From: an uncultured Methylomirabilota bacterium | GTDB lineage: Bacteria > Methylomirabilota > Methylomirabilia > Methylomirabilales > 2-02-FULL-66-22 | Assembly: GCA_963705305.1 (NCBI GenBank) | Contig: OY970067.1 | Coordinates: 4,544,001-4,608,000, forward strand | Direction of reading: 5' to 3' | DNA length: 64,000 bases | Shown here: positions 1 through 9,120 of the stretch, one piece after another | Layout: every line of letters starts with the position of its first letter | Position numbering within the stretch: position 1 is the first letter of the stretch | Position numbers and translations under genes: made by a program | The notes under the pieces: generated by a model | Told to the model about the DNA's origin: nothing | What the model saw: the letters and a program-made list of their open reading frames with translations, nothing else | Databases searched by the model: none

Positions 1-956
1 GACTGCCGGGCGGCGTCTCCAAGGGGCTCGCCGCCGAGGACCTGCCCGGCTTCAAGCAGCTGGCCGAGGACGGTGTGGAGTTTGCCCGATTCACGCTGCA
101 GGTGTTCAAGGACCTCGTCCTGAAGAACGACCAGTACGTTAAGCTCATCACCTCGGACACCTACACCCACCGGACGTATTACATGGGCCTGGTGGACGGG
201 CAAGACCGGGTGAGCTTCTACGACGGCAAGCTCCGTGTGGTCGACCCGGCGGGGAAGGAGTTCGCGAAGTTCTCCGCCCAGCAGTACCTGGACTATGTGG
301 GCGAACATGTGGAGCCGTGGAGCTACGTCAAGTTCTGCTACCTCAAGCCCCTCGGCTGGAAGGGATTTATCGACGGCCCCGAGACCAGCGTCTACTCTGT
401 GGCCCCGCTGGCCCGGCTGAACGCCGCCGACGGCATGGCAACGCCGGAGGCCCAGCAGGCCTACGAGGAGTACGTCCGCACCCTGGGCGGCAAGCCCGTG
501 CATTACACCCTGGCCAATCACTGGGCCCGCGTGGTCGAGATGCTGCAGGCCGCGGAGCGGATCCGCGAGCTGGTGGACGATCCGGGAATCACCGGCACGG
601 ACCTCCGGACGATCCCCACGGCAACGCCCACGGTGGGGATCGGTGTGGTGGAGGCCCCGCGGGGCACGCTGTTCCATCACTATGAGACCGATGAGCGTGG
701 GCTCATCCGCAAGGCCAACCTCATCGTCGCCACCCAGGGAAATTCGGCGCGCATGGCCATGGGCGTGGAGAAGAGCGCCAAGGGGCTCATCCACGGCGGA
801 CAGGCCTCCGACGGCCTGCTGAACATGGTGGAGATGGCCTTCCGGGCCTACGATCCGTGCCACGGCTGCGCCACCCACTCCCTGCCCGGACAGATGCCTC
901 TCCGGGTGCGCATCCACGACGCCGGGGGGCGCGTCGTCCAGGAACTCACGCGGTGA
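1..956 (+). CDS. [NiFe]-hydrogenase large subunit, group 3 (MvhA/VhuA-like), 5'-truncated by the window edge
   Basis: Frame open from base 3 (LPGGVSKG...). Has VEAPRGTLFHHY and the C-terminal L2 motif FRAYDPCHGCATH followed by a cleavable extension. Ligand is Cys, not Sec. Confidence 0.93.
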   Translation, partial: LPGGVSKGLAAEDLPGFKQLAEDGVEFARFTLQVFKDLVLKNDQYVKLITSDTYTHRTYYMGLVDGQDRVSFYDGKLRVVDPAGKEFAKFSAQQYLDYVGEHVEPWSYVKFCYLKPLGWKGFIDGPETSVYSVAPLARLNAADGMATPEAQQAYEEYVRTLGGKPVHYTLANHWARVVEMLQAAERIRELVDDPGITGTDLRTIPTATPTVGIGVVEAPRGTLFHHYETDERGLIRKANLIVATQGNSARMAMGVEKSAKGLIHGGQASDGLLNMVEMAFRAYDPCHGCATHSLPGQMPLRVRIHDAGGRVVQELTR

Positions 957-1519
957 CGGGGCCGGTCCCCTCCACCCTCGTGGTGGGGTTGGGAAACGAC
1001 ATTCTCGGAGACGACGCCGTCGGACTCTTGGCGGCCCGGTGCCTCCGCCGGCAGTTCCCGGACCTGGAGGTCGTCGAGGCCGGCAGCGGCGGCCTGGAGC
1101 TCCTGGATCTTCTCGCGGGATGGGATTGTGCCCTCCTGCTGGACGCCGTTTTGACCGGCCGTCACCCCGCGGGGACCCTCCTGGAGTTCTCCCGTCAGGA
1201 CTTCCATCAGATCGTCGGCCCCTCGCCCCACTACGCCGGCCTCCCCGAGATGCTGCGGCTGGCCGAGTGTCTGGCCATTCCGATGCCCGCGGAGCTCTGC
1301 GTCCTCGCCATGGAAGTCGAGGATCCCTACTGTGTCCGGGAAGGGATCAGCCCCTCGGTCGCGAACGCCCTCCCCGCTTACGTGCGGCGGGGCGAAGAGA
1401 TCTTGCGGAGTTGGCGGCGCGGCTCCCGGGGACCGGGAGTCGGGTGTTTCCAGGTGACCAATGCCGACCGGACAACGCACAGTGGTCCTGGGGCTGGGCA
1501 ACCCGGTCCTCCGCGATGA
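953..1519 (+). CDS. Hydrogenase maturation endopeptidase (HycI/HupD family) 1
   Basis: GTG start overlaps the upstream stop (GTGA). Motifs LVVGLGNDILGDDAVG, LLLDAV, SPHYAGL. Confidence 0.9.
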   Translation: MTGPVPSTLVVGLGNDILGDDAVGLLAARCLRRQFPDLEVVEAGSGGLELLDLLAGWDCALLLDAVLTGRHPAGTLLEFSRQDFHQIVGPSPHYAGLPEMLRLAECLAIPMPAELCVLAMEVEDPYCVREGISPSVANALPAYVRRGEEILRSWRRGSRGPGVGCFQVTNADRTTHSGPGAGQPGPPR

Positions 1520-2012
1520 CCGGGTGGGTCTGGCGGTGGTGCGCGAGCTCAGGCGACTCCTGAGCGAAGGCCCCATCCCGGGAGTGGACGTCCTCGCCAG
1601 CACGCGGGCGGGCTTCGAGCTGATCGATCTGCTGCGCGGGTACGGGCGCGCCATCATCGTCGACTGCCTGGAAGTCCCGGACCCTTCGCCCGGATGCGTC
1701 CGTCACCTGACATTGGACCAGGTCTCCGGCAGCGCCCGGCTGATCAGCGCCCACGAAGTCAGCGTCGGTACGGCCTTTCAGCTGGCGGAGCGGATGGGGA
1801 TCCCCATGCCCGGCGAGGTGGAGATTATCGCCGTGGAAGCCGGGGACACCACCAGCATCGCCGAGGACCTCAGCCCCGCCGTCCAGGCAGCCGTGATGCC
1901 TCTGGCGCGGGAAATTTACGAAGACCTCCGCCGTTGCGCACCCGCCGACGACCCTCCCGACGACGAGGATTTCCGAAGCCGACGGGCTTTCTACTCCCCC
2001 GATCCCGAATGA
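1461..2012 (+). CDS. Hydrogenase maturation endopeptidase 2
   Basis: Motifs VVLGLGNPVLRDDRVG, AIIVDCL, SAHEVSV. Confidence 0.9.
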   Translation: MPTGQRTVVLGLGNPVLRDDRVGLAVVRELRRLLSEGPIPGVDVLASTRAGFELIDLLRGYGRAIIVDCLEVPDPSPGCVRHLTLDQVSGSARLISAHEVSVGTAFQLAERMGIPMPGEVEIIAVEAGDTTSIAEDLSPAVQAAVMPLAREIYEDLRRCAPADDPPDDEDFRSRRAFYSPDPE

Positions 2013-2125
2013 ACCGCCCCCCCGGCGGGCGCCCACTGCCGCCGACCGTGAGCTGTCAGCGATCAGCCATCGGCCATTGCCCTTTTGCTCATTTTGGTTA
2101 TTGGTCATTTGTGGAGCCATTGGAC

Positions 2126-2154
2126 TTGCCACCGATGGCTTTCCAGCCTAAAAT
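2126..2154 (+). promoter_or_regulatory. sigma70-type promoter of the hyp operon
   Basis: TTGCCA-N17-TAAAAT; the ATG at 2161 begins 7 nt after the -10 box. Confidence 0.6.
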
Positions 2155-2160
2155 AGATAG

Positions 2161-4482
2161 ATGATGTCCAATCTACGGAACATAGCGAAAATTCAGCATC
2201 TCCAGCGCATGCGGATCGTCATCCGGGGGGCCGTGCAGGGAGTGGGATTCCGCCCCTTCGCCTACCGCCTCGCCCGGGAGATGGACCTTCCGGGCTGGGT
2301 GCTGAACTCGCCCCAGGGGGTCTTTCTGGAGGTTGAGGGCGAGACCGAGCGGCTGCACGACTTCCTGCTGCGCCTGGAGAGGGAGCGCCCGCCGCGGGCG
2401 ATCATCCAGAGCCTGGAATACTCGCTCCTCCCGCCGAAAGGGTTCACCGACTTCGTGATCCGTTCCAGCGACGGGCAGGGGGCGCGGGTAACCCTGGTCC
2501 TGCCGGACATCGCCACCTGCGGGGATTGCCTGCGCGAGCTGTTCGACCCGGCAGACCGGCGGTACCGCTATCCGTTCACCAACTGTACCAACTGCGGCCC
2601 GCGCTTTTCGATCATCCGGGGCCTGCCCTACGATCGCCCCAACACCACCATGGCCTCTTTCCCCCTGTGCGAAGCCTGCCAACGCGAATATGACGACCCG
2701 GCCGATCGCCGATTCCATGCCCAGCCGACCGCCTGTCCGGTCTGTGGACCGCACCTGGAGCTCTGGGACGGGCAGGGCAGCGTCCTGGCTCTCCACCATG
2801 ACGCCCTTCTGGCCGCCGTCGTGATCATCCGCCGGGGCGGCATCCTGGCGGTCAAGGGGCTCGGCGGCTTCCATCTCCTGGTGAACGCGGCCAACGAGGA
2901 GGCCGTCCGCCTGCTGCGCGCCAGGAAGCACCGCGAAGAGAAGCCGCTGGCCATGATGTATCCGTCGCTCGAGCAGATTCGACGGGACTGCGAGGTCTCG
3001 CCCCTGGAAGAACGCCTCCTGCGCTCGCCCGAGGCCCCCATCGTCCTGCTCCGCCGTCTGGCTCGGGAAGGAGGACCCGCGACGGCCGGCCCCATTGCCC
3101 CCTCCGTCGCGCCGCGCAATCCCTGTCTGGGCGTCATGCTGCCCTATACCCCACTGCATCACCTGCTGTTGCGAGAGGCGGGCGTCCCCCTGGTGGCCAC
3201 CAGCGGGAACCTCACCGACGAGCCGATTTGCATCGACGAGCAGGAGGCGGTTCGGCGCCTGGGGTCCATCGCCGACGCCTTCCTGGTGCACAACCGGCCC
3301 ATCGCCCGCCATGTGGACGATTCCATCGCCCGCGTGATCCTGGGACGAGAGCTGGTCCTGCGCCGCGCCCGGGGATACGCCCCCCTGCCGGTCCACCTGG
3401 AGCGGCCGGTCCCATGCCTCCTGGCCGTGGGCGGGCACCTCAAGAGTGCCGTGGCCGCCTCGCTGGGGCAGGACGTCTTTCTCTCACAGCACATCGGCGA
3501 CCTGGAGACGACGGAGGCCCTGGGCGCCTTCCGGCGGGTCATCGCCGACTTCGAGTCGCTGTATGATCTCCATCCCGTGTCGGTTGCGTGCGACGTCCAT
3601 CCCGACTACCTCTCGACGCAGTTTGCCCAGCGATCCGGTCTGCCCGTCGTCCGGGTGCAGCACCACTACGCCCACGTCCTGGCCTGCATGGCCGAGAACG
3701 GATTGGCGGCGCCCGTCCTGGGGGTCTCCTGGGATGGGACGGGATACGGACTCGATCATACGCTCTGGGGGGGTGAGTTCCTGCGAATCACCGAGACGGG
3801 GTTCGAGCGGGTGGCTTCGTTTCGGTCCTTTCGCCTCCCGGGCGGTGAACGGGCCATCCGCGAGCCCCGGCGCGCCGCCCTGGGACTGCTGTACGAGCTC
3901 TTCGGAGAGGATCTGTTCCGGCAGGAGGATTTGCCCCCCGTCCGCACCTTCCCGGCCCCGGAGCGGCCCGTTCTCGCGCAGATGCTGGCGCGTCGCCTTA
4001 ACGCCCCCGCCACCACCAGCGCCGGCCGCCTGTTCGACGTCGTGGCCGCGCTCCTGGCCCTGCGGCTGGACGCCCAGTTCGAAGGGCAGGCCGCCATGGA
4101 GCTGGAATGGTCCCTCGAGGGTACCGCGACCGATGAGGCCTACCTTTTCCCGCTCACGACCGGAGAGGTGCCGGCCCTCCTGGACTGGGAGCCGGCCATC
4201 CGACAAATCCTGCAGGACCTGCGGGGCGGTCGGCCCCCGGCCACGATCGCCGCGAAGTTCCACAACGGCCTGGCGGACGCGGTGTTGACCGTGGCGAAAT
4301 GGGTCGGGGAACCCCGGGTCGTCCTGACGGGCGGTTGCTTTCAGAATCGGTATCTCACGGAGCGCACGGTTGGCCGCCTGCTGGCCGCGGGGCTCTCCCC
4401 GCTCTGGCACCAGCGCGTCCCGCCCAACGACGGCGGGATCGCCCTGGGGCAGATCCTGGCGGCGGCCCGCAGCAAGGAGTAG
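2161..4482 (+). CDS. hypF: Carbamoyltransferase HypF
   Basis: Acylphosphatase domain ([11 protein letters not shown]), two Zn-finger CxxC pairs, [24 protein letters not shown]. Confidence 0.98.
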   Translation: MMSNLRNIAKIQHLQRMRIVIRGAVQGVGFRPFAYRLAREMDLPGWVLNSPQGVFLEVEGETERLHDFLLRLERERPPRAIIQSLEYSLLPPKGFTDFVIRSSDGQGARVTLVLPDIATCGDCLRELFDPADRRYRYPFTNCTNCGPRFSIIRGLPYDRPNTTMASFPLCEACQREYDDPADRRFHAQPTACPVCGPHLELWDGQGSVLALHHDALLAAVVIIRRGGILAVKGLGGFHLLVNAANEEAVRLLRARKHREEKPLAMMYPSLEQIRRDCEVSPLEERLLRSPEAPIVLLRRLAREGGPATAGPIAPSVAPRNPCLGVMLPYTPLHHLLLREAGVPLVATSGNLTDEPICIDEQEAVRRLGSIADAFLVHNRPIARHVDDSIARVILGRELVLRRARGYAPLPVHLERPVPCLLAVGGHLKSAVAASLGQDVFLSQHIGDLETTEALGAFRRVIADFESLYDLHPVSVACDVHPDYLSTQFAQRSGLPVVRVQHHYAHVLACMAENGLAAPVLGVSWDGTGYGLDHTLWGGEFLRITETGFERVASFRSFRLPGGERAIREPRRAALGLLYELFGEDLFRQEDLPPVRTFPAPERPVLAQMLARRLNAPATTSAGRLFDVVAALLALRLDAQFEGQAAMELEWSLEGTATDEAYLFPLTTGEVPALLDWEPAIRQILQDLRGGRPPATIAAKFHNGLADAVLTVAKWVGEPRVVLTGGCFQNRYLTERTVGRLLAAGLSPLWHQRVPPNDGGIALGQILAAARSKE

Positions 4483-4487
4483 ACGCG

Positions 4488-4742
4488 ATGTGTCTGGCGG
4501 TTCCCGGAAAGGTTCTCAGCATCACGGGCGAGGACCCCATGCAACGCATGGGGAAGGTGAGCTTCGGCGGGGTTCTCAAGGACGTCAATCTGGCCTGCGT
4601 CCCCGAGGCCAAGCCGGGGGATTACGTCATCGTCCATGCGGGCCTCGCCATCAGCATCCTCGACGAGGCGGAGGCGCAGGAGGTCTTCAGCTACCTCGCG
4701 GAGATGGATATCGCCAGCGGGGCGGAGGAAGCGCCGGCGTGA
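4488..4742 (+). CDS. hypC: Hydrogenase assembly chaperone HypC
   Basis: Starts MCLAVPGKV; contains [12 protein letters not shown]. Confidence 0.97.
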   Translation: MCLAVPGKVLSITGEDPMQRMGKVSFGGVLKDVNLACVPEAKPGDYVIVHAGLAISILDEAEAQEVFSYLAEMDIASGAEEAPA

Positions 4743-5836
4743 AATTCATCGACGAGTACCGCGACGGCCGCGCCGCCCAGGGGTACGCCAGGGCCATCGC
4801 CCGGGTCACCACCCGTCCCTGGACCATCATGGAGATCTGTGGCGGCCAGACGCACACCATCGTCAAGTACGGCCTGGATCAGCTCCTGCCGGACGGCATC
4901 ACCCTAGTGCACGGCCCCGGCTGCCCGGTCTGCGTCACTCCGGTGGAGCTGATCGACAAGGCGACCGAGATCGCGGCCCGGCCCGAGGTCATCTTCTGCT
5001 CCTTTGGGGATATGCTGCGGGTCCCGGGCACGTCCCACGACCTGTTCTCCGTCAAGGCCAACGGGGGGGATGTCCGGATCGTCTATTCTCCGCTGGATGC
5101 CCTGCCCATCGCGCGGGCCAACCCCGCCAGGCAGGTGGTGTTCTTCGCGGTCGGCTTCGAGACCACCGCCCCGGCCAATGCCCTGGCGGTGGCGCAGGCC
5201 AAGCGGGAGGGGCTCGGGAATTTCTCTTTACTCGTCTCCCACGTCCTCGTCCCTCCCGCCATGGAGGCCATCCTGGGATCGCCCAGAAACCGCGTCCAGG
5301 GTTTTCTGGCCGCCGGCCACGTGTGCGCCGTCATGGGCGTGACCGAATACGAGCCGATCGCCCGAAGATACCATGTCCCCATCGTGGCGACAGGCTTCGA
5401 GCCGCTGGACATCCTCCAGGGCATCTACCTGTGCGTGAAGCAGCTGGAGGAAGGCCGGGCGGAGGTGGAGAACCAGTATGCGCGATCGGTTCGCCGCGAA
5501 GGGAATCGGACTGCGCAGCAGCTCATCCGCGACGTATTTCGGGTCGTCCCCCGGAGATGGCGAGGCGTCGGCGAAATCCCGCAGAGCGGCCTGGGTCTCA
5601 GCGAGGCGTATGCCTCCTTCGACGCGGAGCAGCGGTTCGGTCCGGCCGTCGCGCAACCCGATGCGTCCTCCGAGTGCCAGAGCGGGCTGGTCCTCCAGGG
5701 CGTCCTCAAGCCCCACGAGTGCCCGGCCTTCGGAGTGCGCTGCACCCCCGAGCGCCCGCTGGGCGCGCCCATGGTCTCGTCGGAAGGGGCCTGCGCGGCC
5801 TACTACCACTACCGTCGCATCCACAAGGAGCCGTAG
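4739..5836 (+). CDS. hypD: Hydrogenase formation protein HypD
   Basis: GTG start (MKFIDEYRD); motifs [34 protein letters not shown]. Confidence 0.97.
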   Translation: MKFIDEYRDGRAAQGYARAIARVTTRPWTIMEICGGQTHTIVKYGLDQLLPDGITLVHGPGCPVCVTPVELIDKATEIAARPEVIFCSFGDMLRVPGTSHDLFSVKANGGDVRIVYSPLDALPIARANPARQVVFFAVGFETTAPANALAVAQAKREGLGNFSLLVSHVLVPPAMEAILGSPRNRVQGFLAAGHVCAVMGVTEYEPIARRYHVPIVATGFEPLDILQGIYLCVKQLEEGRAEVENQYARSVRREGNRTAQQLIRDVFRVVPRRWRGVGEIPQSGLGLSEAYASFDAEQRFGPAVAQPDASSECQSGLVLQGVLKPHECPAFGVRCTPERPLGAPMVSSEGACAAYYHYRRIHKEP

Positions 5837-5839
5837 TTC

Positions 5840-6895
5840 GTGACCACGCTTCCGGAGTTCGTCCCGTCCTGCCCGAGCCCCATCGGCGACTACCCACAGG
5901 TCCTGCTCGCCCACGGCGGCGGAGGGCGGCTGATGCACCAGCTCATCGAGCAGGTGTTTCTGCCCGCTTTCCGGAATCCGCTGCTGGAGGCGCGCCACGA
6001 CGGGGCCACCCTCGAGGTCGCCGGCCGCCGATTGGCCTTCACCACGGATGCCTACGTCGTCCGACCGCTGCAGTTTCCCGGCGGGGACATCGGGACGCTG
6101 GCGGTCAACGGCACCGTGAACGATCTGGCCATGTGCGGGGCGCGCCCCCTCTACCTGAGCGCGGCGCTCATCCTCGAGGAGGGCCTGCCCATGCACACCC
6201 TTCGGGAGATCGTCCAGTCCATGCGGGAGGCCGCCCGGACGGCCGGGGTACAGATCGTCACCGGGGATACCAAGGTCGTGGATCGCGGAAAGGGTGATGG
6301 CATCTTCATCACCACGGCCGGCGTCGGCCTGATCGAGCATCCCCGGGAGATCGGACCCGCGCAGGTCCGCCGTGGCGATGTCCTCCTCCTCAACGGAGAC
6401 ATCGGACGCCACGGGATCGCGATCATGGCGGTGCGGGAGGGATTGGCTTTCGAGACCACGATCGAGAGCGACTGTGCCCCCCTGGCCGACCCCGTCCTGA
6501 CCCTGCTGGATGCCGGGGTCCAGATCCACTGTCTGCGCGACCTGACCCGCGGCGGGCTGGCCAGCGCCCTGATCGAGATCGCCGAGGCGGCCCGCGTCCA
6601 GATCGCCATCGAGGAGGCCAGGATCCCCGTGCGCGAGGATGTCCAGGGGGCCTGTGAACTGCTCGGCTTTGACCCCCTCTACGTCGCCAACGAGGGTCGC
6701 TTCGTCTGTTTCGTCCCGGCGGCCGAAGCAGAGTGGGCCCTCGCGCTCCTGCGCTCCCGTCCGCTGGGGGCGGACGCGTGCGCCATCGGCACGGTCGAAC
6801 CCCACACCTCCGGCCTGGTCACGCTGCGGAGCCGGGTCGGCGCCAGCCGCGTGGTGGATATGCTGAGCGGCGAGCAGCTCCCCAGGATCTGCTGA
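5840..6895 (+). CDS. hypE: Carbamoyl dehydratase HypE
   Basis: [22 protein letters not shown] and C-terminal GEQLPRIC. Confidence 0.98.
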   Translation: MTTLPEFVPSCPSPIGDYPQVLLAHGGGGRLMHQLIEQVFLPAFRNPLLEARHDGATLEVAGRRLAFTTDAYVVRPLQFPGGDIGTLAVNGTVNDLAMCGARPLYLSAALILEEGLPMHTLREIVQSMREAARTAGVQIVTGDTKVVDRGKGDGIFITTAGVGLIEHPREIGPAQVRRGDVLLLNGDIGRHGIAIMAVREGLAFETTIESDCAPLADPVLTLLDAGVQIHCLRDLTRGGLASALIEIAEAARVQIAIEEARIPVREDVQGACELLGFDPLYVANEGRFVCFVPAAEAEWALALLRSRPLGADACAIGTVEPHTSGLVTLRSRVGASRVVDMLSGEQLPRIC

Positions 6896-6973
6896 CGCCA
6901 GCGCAGTATGTCTGTCCGACGGCACGGCCGCGCGGCCGAACCCCCGGGCACCCCCAGGCCTATATGGATGTCC

Positions 6974-7738
6974 CTACTGATTCCGCTCGAAGAGGATGCG
7001 GAGACCGTTGAGGGTCAGGAGCGGGTCCACGTGGTCGACCAGCGTGGTCTCGCCCAGGAGGAGCGGGGCCAAGCCGCCCGTGGCCACCACCGTGGGTTGG
7101 CCGCCCAGCTCGACCCGGATGCGCGCCACCAGCCCCTCCACCAGGCTGAGGTAGCCGTAAAAGAGACCGGCCTGCATGCTGGCCACCGTGTTTTTGCCGA
7201 TGGCCGTCTTGGGGCGGGCGATCTCCACGCGGGGGAGCTTGGCCGCCCGCTGGAACAGGGCCTCCGAGGAGATCCCGATCCCCGGGCAGATGGCGCCTCC
7301 CAGGTATTCGCCGCGGGCGGAGATGGCGTCGAATGTCGTGGCGGTGCCGAAGTCCACAACGATGCAGGGTCCTCCATAGGTCTCGAACGCCGCCACCGCA
7401 TTGACGATGCGATCCGCCCCCACCTCGCGCGGCGCCTCGTACAGAATCGGCATGCCCGTCTTGATGCCGGGCCCCACCACCACCGGCTCCACGCCGAAGT
7501 ACTGCCGGCTCATGTCTTCCAGGGGCGCCTCGATGGGGGGGACGACGGTGGAGAGGATGACGGCCGTCACGCCGCGGAAGTCCAGCCCTGCGAAATCGAA
7601 GAGAGCCTTGATCAGGATCCCGTACTCGTCGCTGGTGCCCGCACGGCGGGTGGGGAGCCGCCAGTGGGCCTTGAGGACCATCTCCTCGAAGACGCCGATC
7701 ACCGTGTTGGTGTTGCCCACATCCAGCGCCAGCAGCAT
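6974..7738 (-). CDS. coaX: Type III pantothenate kinase
   Basis: MLLALDVGNTN, EVGADRIVN, VVDFGTATTFD, VVATGG. Confidence 0.97.
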   Translation of the reverse strand: MLLALDVGNTNTVIGVFEEMVLKAHWRLPTRRAGTSDEYGILIKALFDFAGLDFRGVTAVILSTVVPPIEAPLEDMSRQYFGVEPVVVGPGIKTGMPILYEAPREVGADRIVNAVAAFETYGGPCIVVDFGTATTFDAISARGEYLGGAICPGIGISSEALFQRAAKLPRVEIARPKTAIGKNTVASMQAGLFYGYLSLVEGLVARIRVELGGQPTVVATGGLAPLLLGETTLVDHVDPLLTLNGLRILFERNQ

Positions 7739-7757
7739 GAAGGCCTCCTGCAGCCTT

Positions 7758-8048
7758 TCAGGGGTCAAGGGTCAGTAGTCAGGGGTCAGTGGCCCTGTAT
7801 TCCACCTTCCCGTTCGGTCTTCCTTTGCGACCTTTGCGCCTTGGCGTGAGAACTCCGAGCCTGATCTCACGCAAAGATCGCCAAGCGCGCCAAGAAGAGC
7901 CTCACTGTTGTTTCAGATTCCCGATCCGAACCCGCCCCTATTCTACTTTGCGACCTTTGCGTGCTTTGCGTGAGACATGTTCTTGAACTTCCGTCCGCTC
8001 GTCCGCCTTTGCCCCGTCTCTCTGGTTCTCTGGTTCTCCGGTTTTCCG
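7758..8048. repeat. Intergenic cluster of degenerate 7-, 8- and 9-mer tandem repeats, partly inverted
   Basis: tcagggg-like x5 (7758-7792); ctttgcgac/ctttgcgc/cttggcgtgaga blocks at ~7823 and ~7946 with an inverted copy at ~7866; gttctctg-like x4 (~8016-8048). Confidence 0.75.
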
Positions 8049-8067
8049 ATCCTGGGGCAGCAGCTGG

Positions 8068-8878
8068 TCAGACGGCGTCGCGGATGGAGACGTCGCCGGC
8101 GAGCACCCGATGGATTCGCCCCGCGTCATCCTGAACCAGCAGGGCCCCCTCCGCATCCAAGTCGCTTGCCAGACCGTTCCAGCCCACCCCTCCATCGCCG
8201 ACTTCCACCCGCTTCCCGATGGTCTCCATCCGGGCGCGGGCCGCCTCCACGATCGCCACCCCGCCGCCGTCGCAAAAGACGCCGTACCAGAACGTCCAGA
8301 CGATTGTACAGGGCGGCCGCGAGGTCGCCCCGGGCAAAGGCGCGTCCGCATGCCAATCGGAGCGAGGTCGCCGTTTCCGCCAGCCCGGCGGGAAAATCCT
8401 CCTGCCGCTGATTCACGTTGATCCCCACCCCCACCACGGTGCAGGCGACGCGGGCCCCTTCGGTCGCCATCTCCGTCAAGATACCGGCCACCTTCCTCCC
8501 CCCCAAGAGGACATCGTTGGGCCATTTGAGGCGGGGAAGTAGGCCGGCTTCCTTCTCGATGGCCTCCACGACCGCAACGCCCGCGGCCAGCGTCAGAAGG
8601 GAGCCTCCGGGAGGGCGCATGGCCGGCCGCAACAGGATCGAGGTGTAGAGGCCCAGTCCCGGCGGAGACGCCCAGACCCGTCCGCGCCGGCCCCGGCCGG
8701 CCGCCTGCCGGTCCGCCAGGACACAGAGCCCTTCCTCCTCGCCTCGACGGCCAGCCGCCATGGCCGTGGTATTGGTCGAGTCAACCGTCCCCAGGATCTC
8801 CAGGCGCCGCCCGATCACCTGTGAGGACAGTTGCGAGCGGATCCGCTCGGGTGCGATGTCCGGCGCGAGCCGTTCCAT
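8068..8878 (-). pseudogene. birA: Biotin--acetyl-CoA-carboxylase ligase BirA with an apparent +1 frameshift at ~8291 (probably a sequencing error)
   Basis: DSTN, QAAGRGRRGRVW, KWPNDV and KVAGIL in one frame; the C-terminal domain (DAEGALLVQ...AGDVSI) in another. Span is 810+1 nt. Confidence 0.88.
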
Positions 8879-8918
8879 GGCCGGCCTTGCGGGGATCTCA
8901 GACCCCCGACGAATCCCC

Positions 8919-9120
8919 CTAGCAGGCTGCTGAAAAAGTCCCATCTGCGGGGACCCGTCCTGCGGACAGGTGCCCCCCGCGCTCCCGTGGCGCTGCGACG
9001 TACGCGCTGAGTACGCCTCGCGCCTACACCCACCCTACGGGCGGGTACCCGGCGCGGCGCCTTGCATCTGGGCCTTTTTGAGCAGCCTCAGCGAAAACGA
9101 GTCTTTCGGCGCCCTGCTAG
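8919..9120 (+). mobile_element. MITE-like element, copy 1
   Basis: Bounded by CTAG at both ends. Terminus TAGCAGGCTGCTGAAAAA, internal inverted copy TTTTTGAGCAGCCT, no coding capacity. Homologous to 46217-46393. Confidence 0.75.

Noticed and set aside
830..880. Possible [NiFeSe] hydrogenase
   Set aside because: The L2 motif is DPCHGC with TGC codons; no TGA.
7758..8048. Possible CRISPR array
   Set aside because: Units are 7-9 bp and degenerate, with no repeat-spacer pattern and no cas genes.
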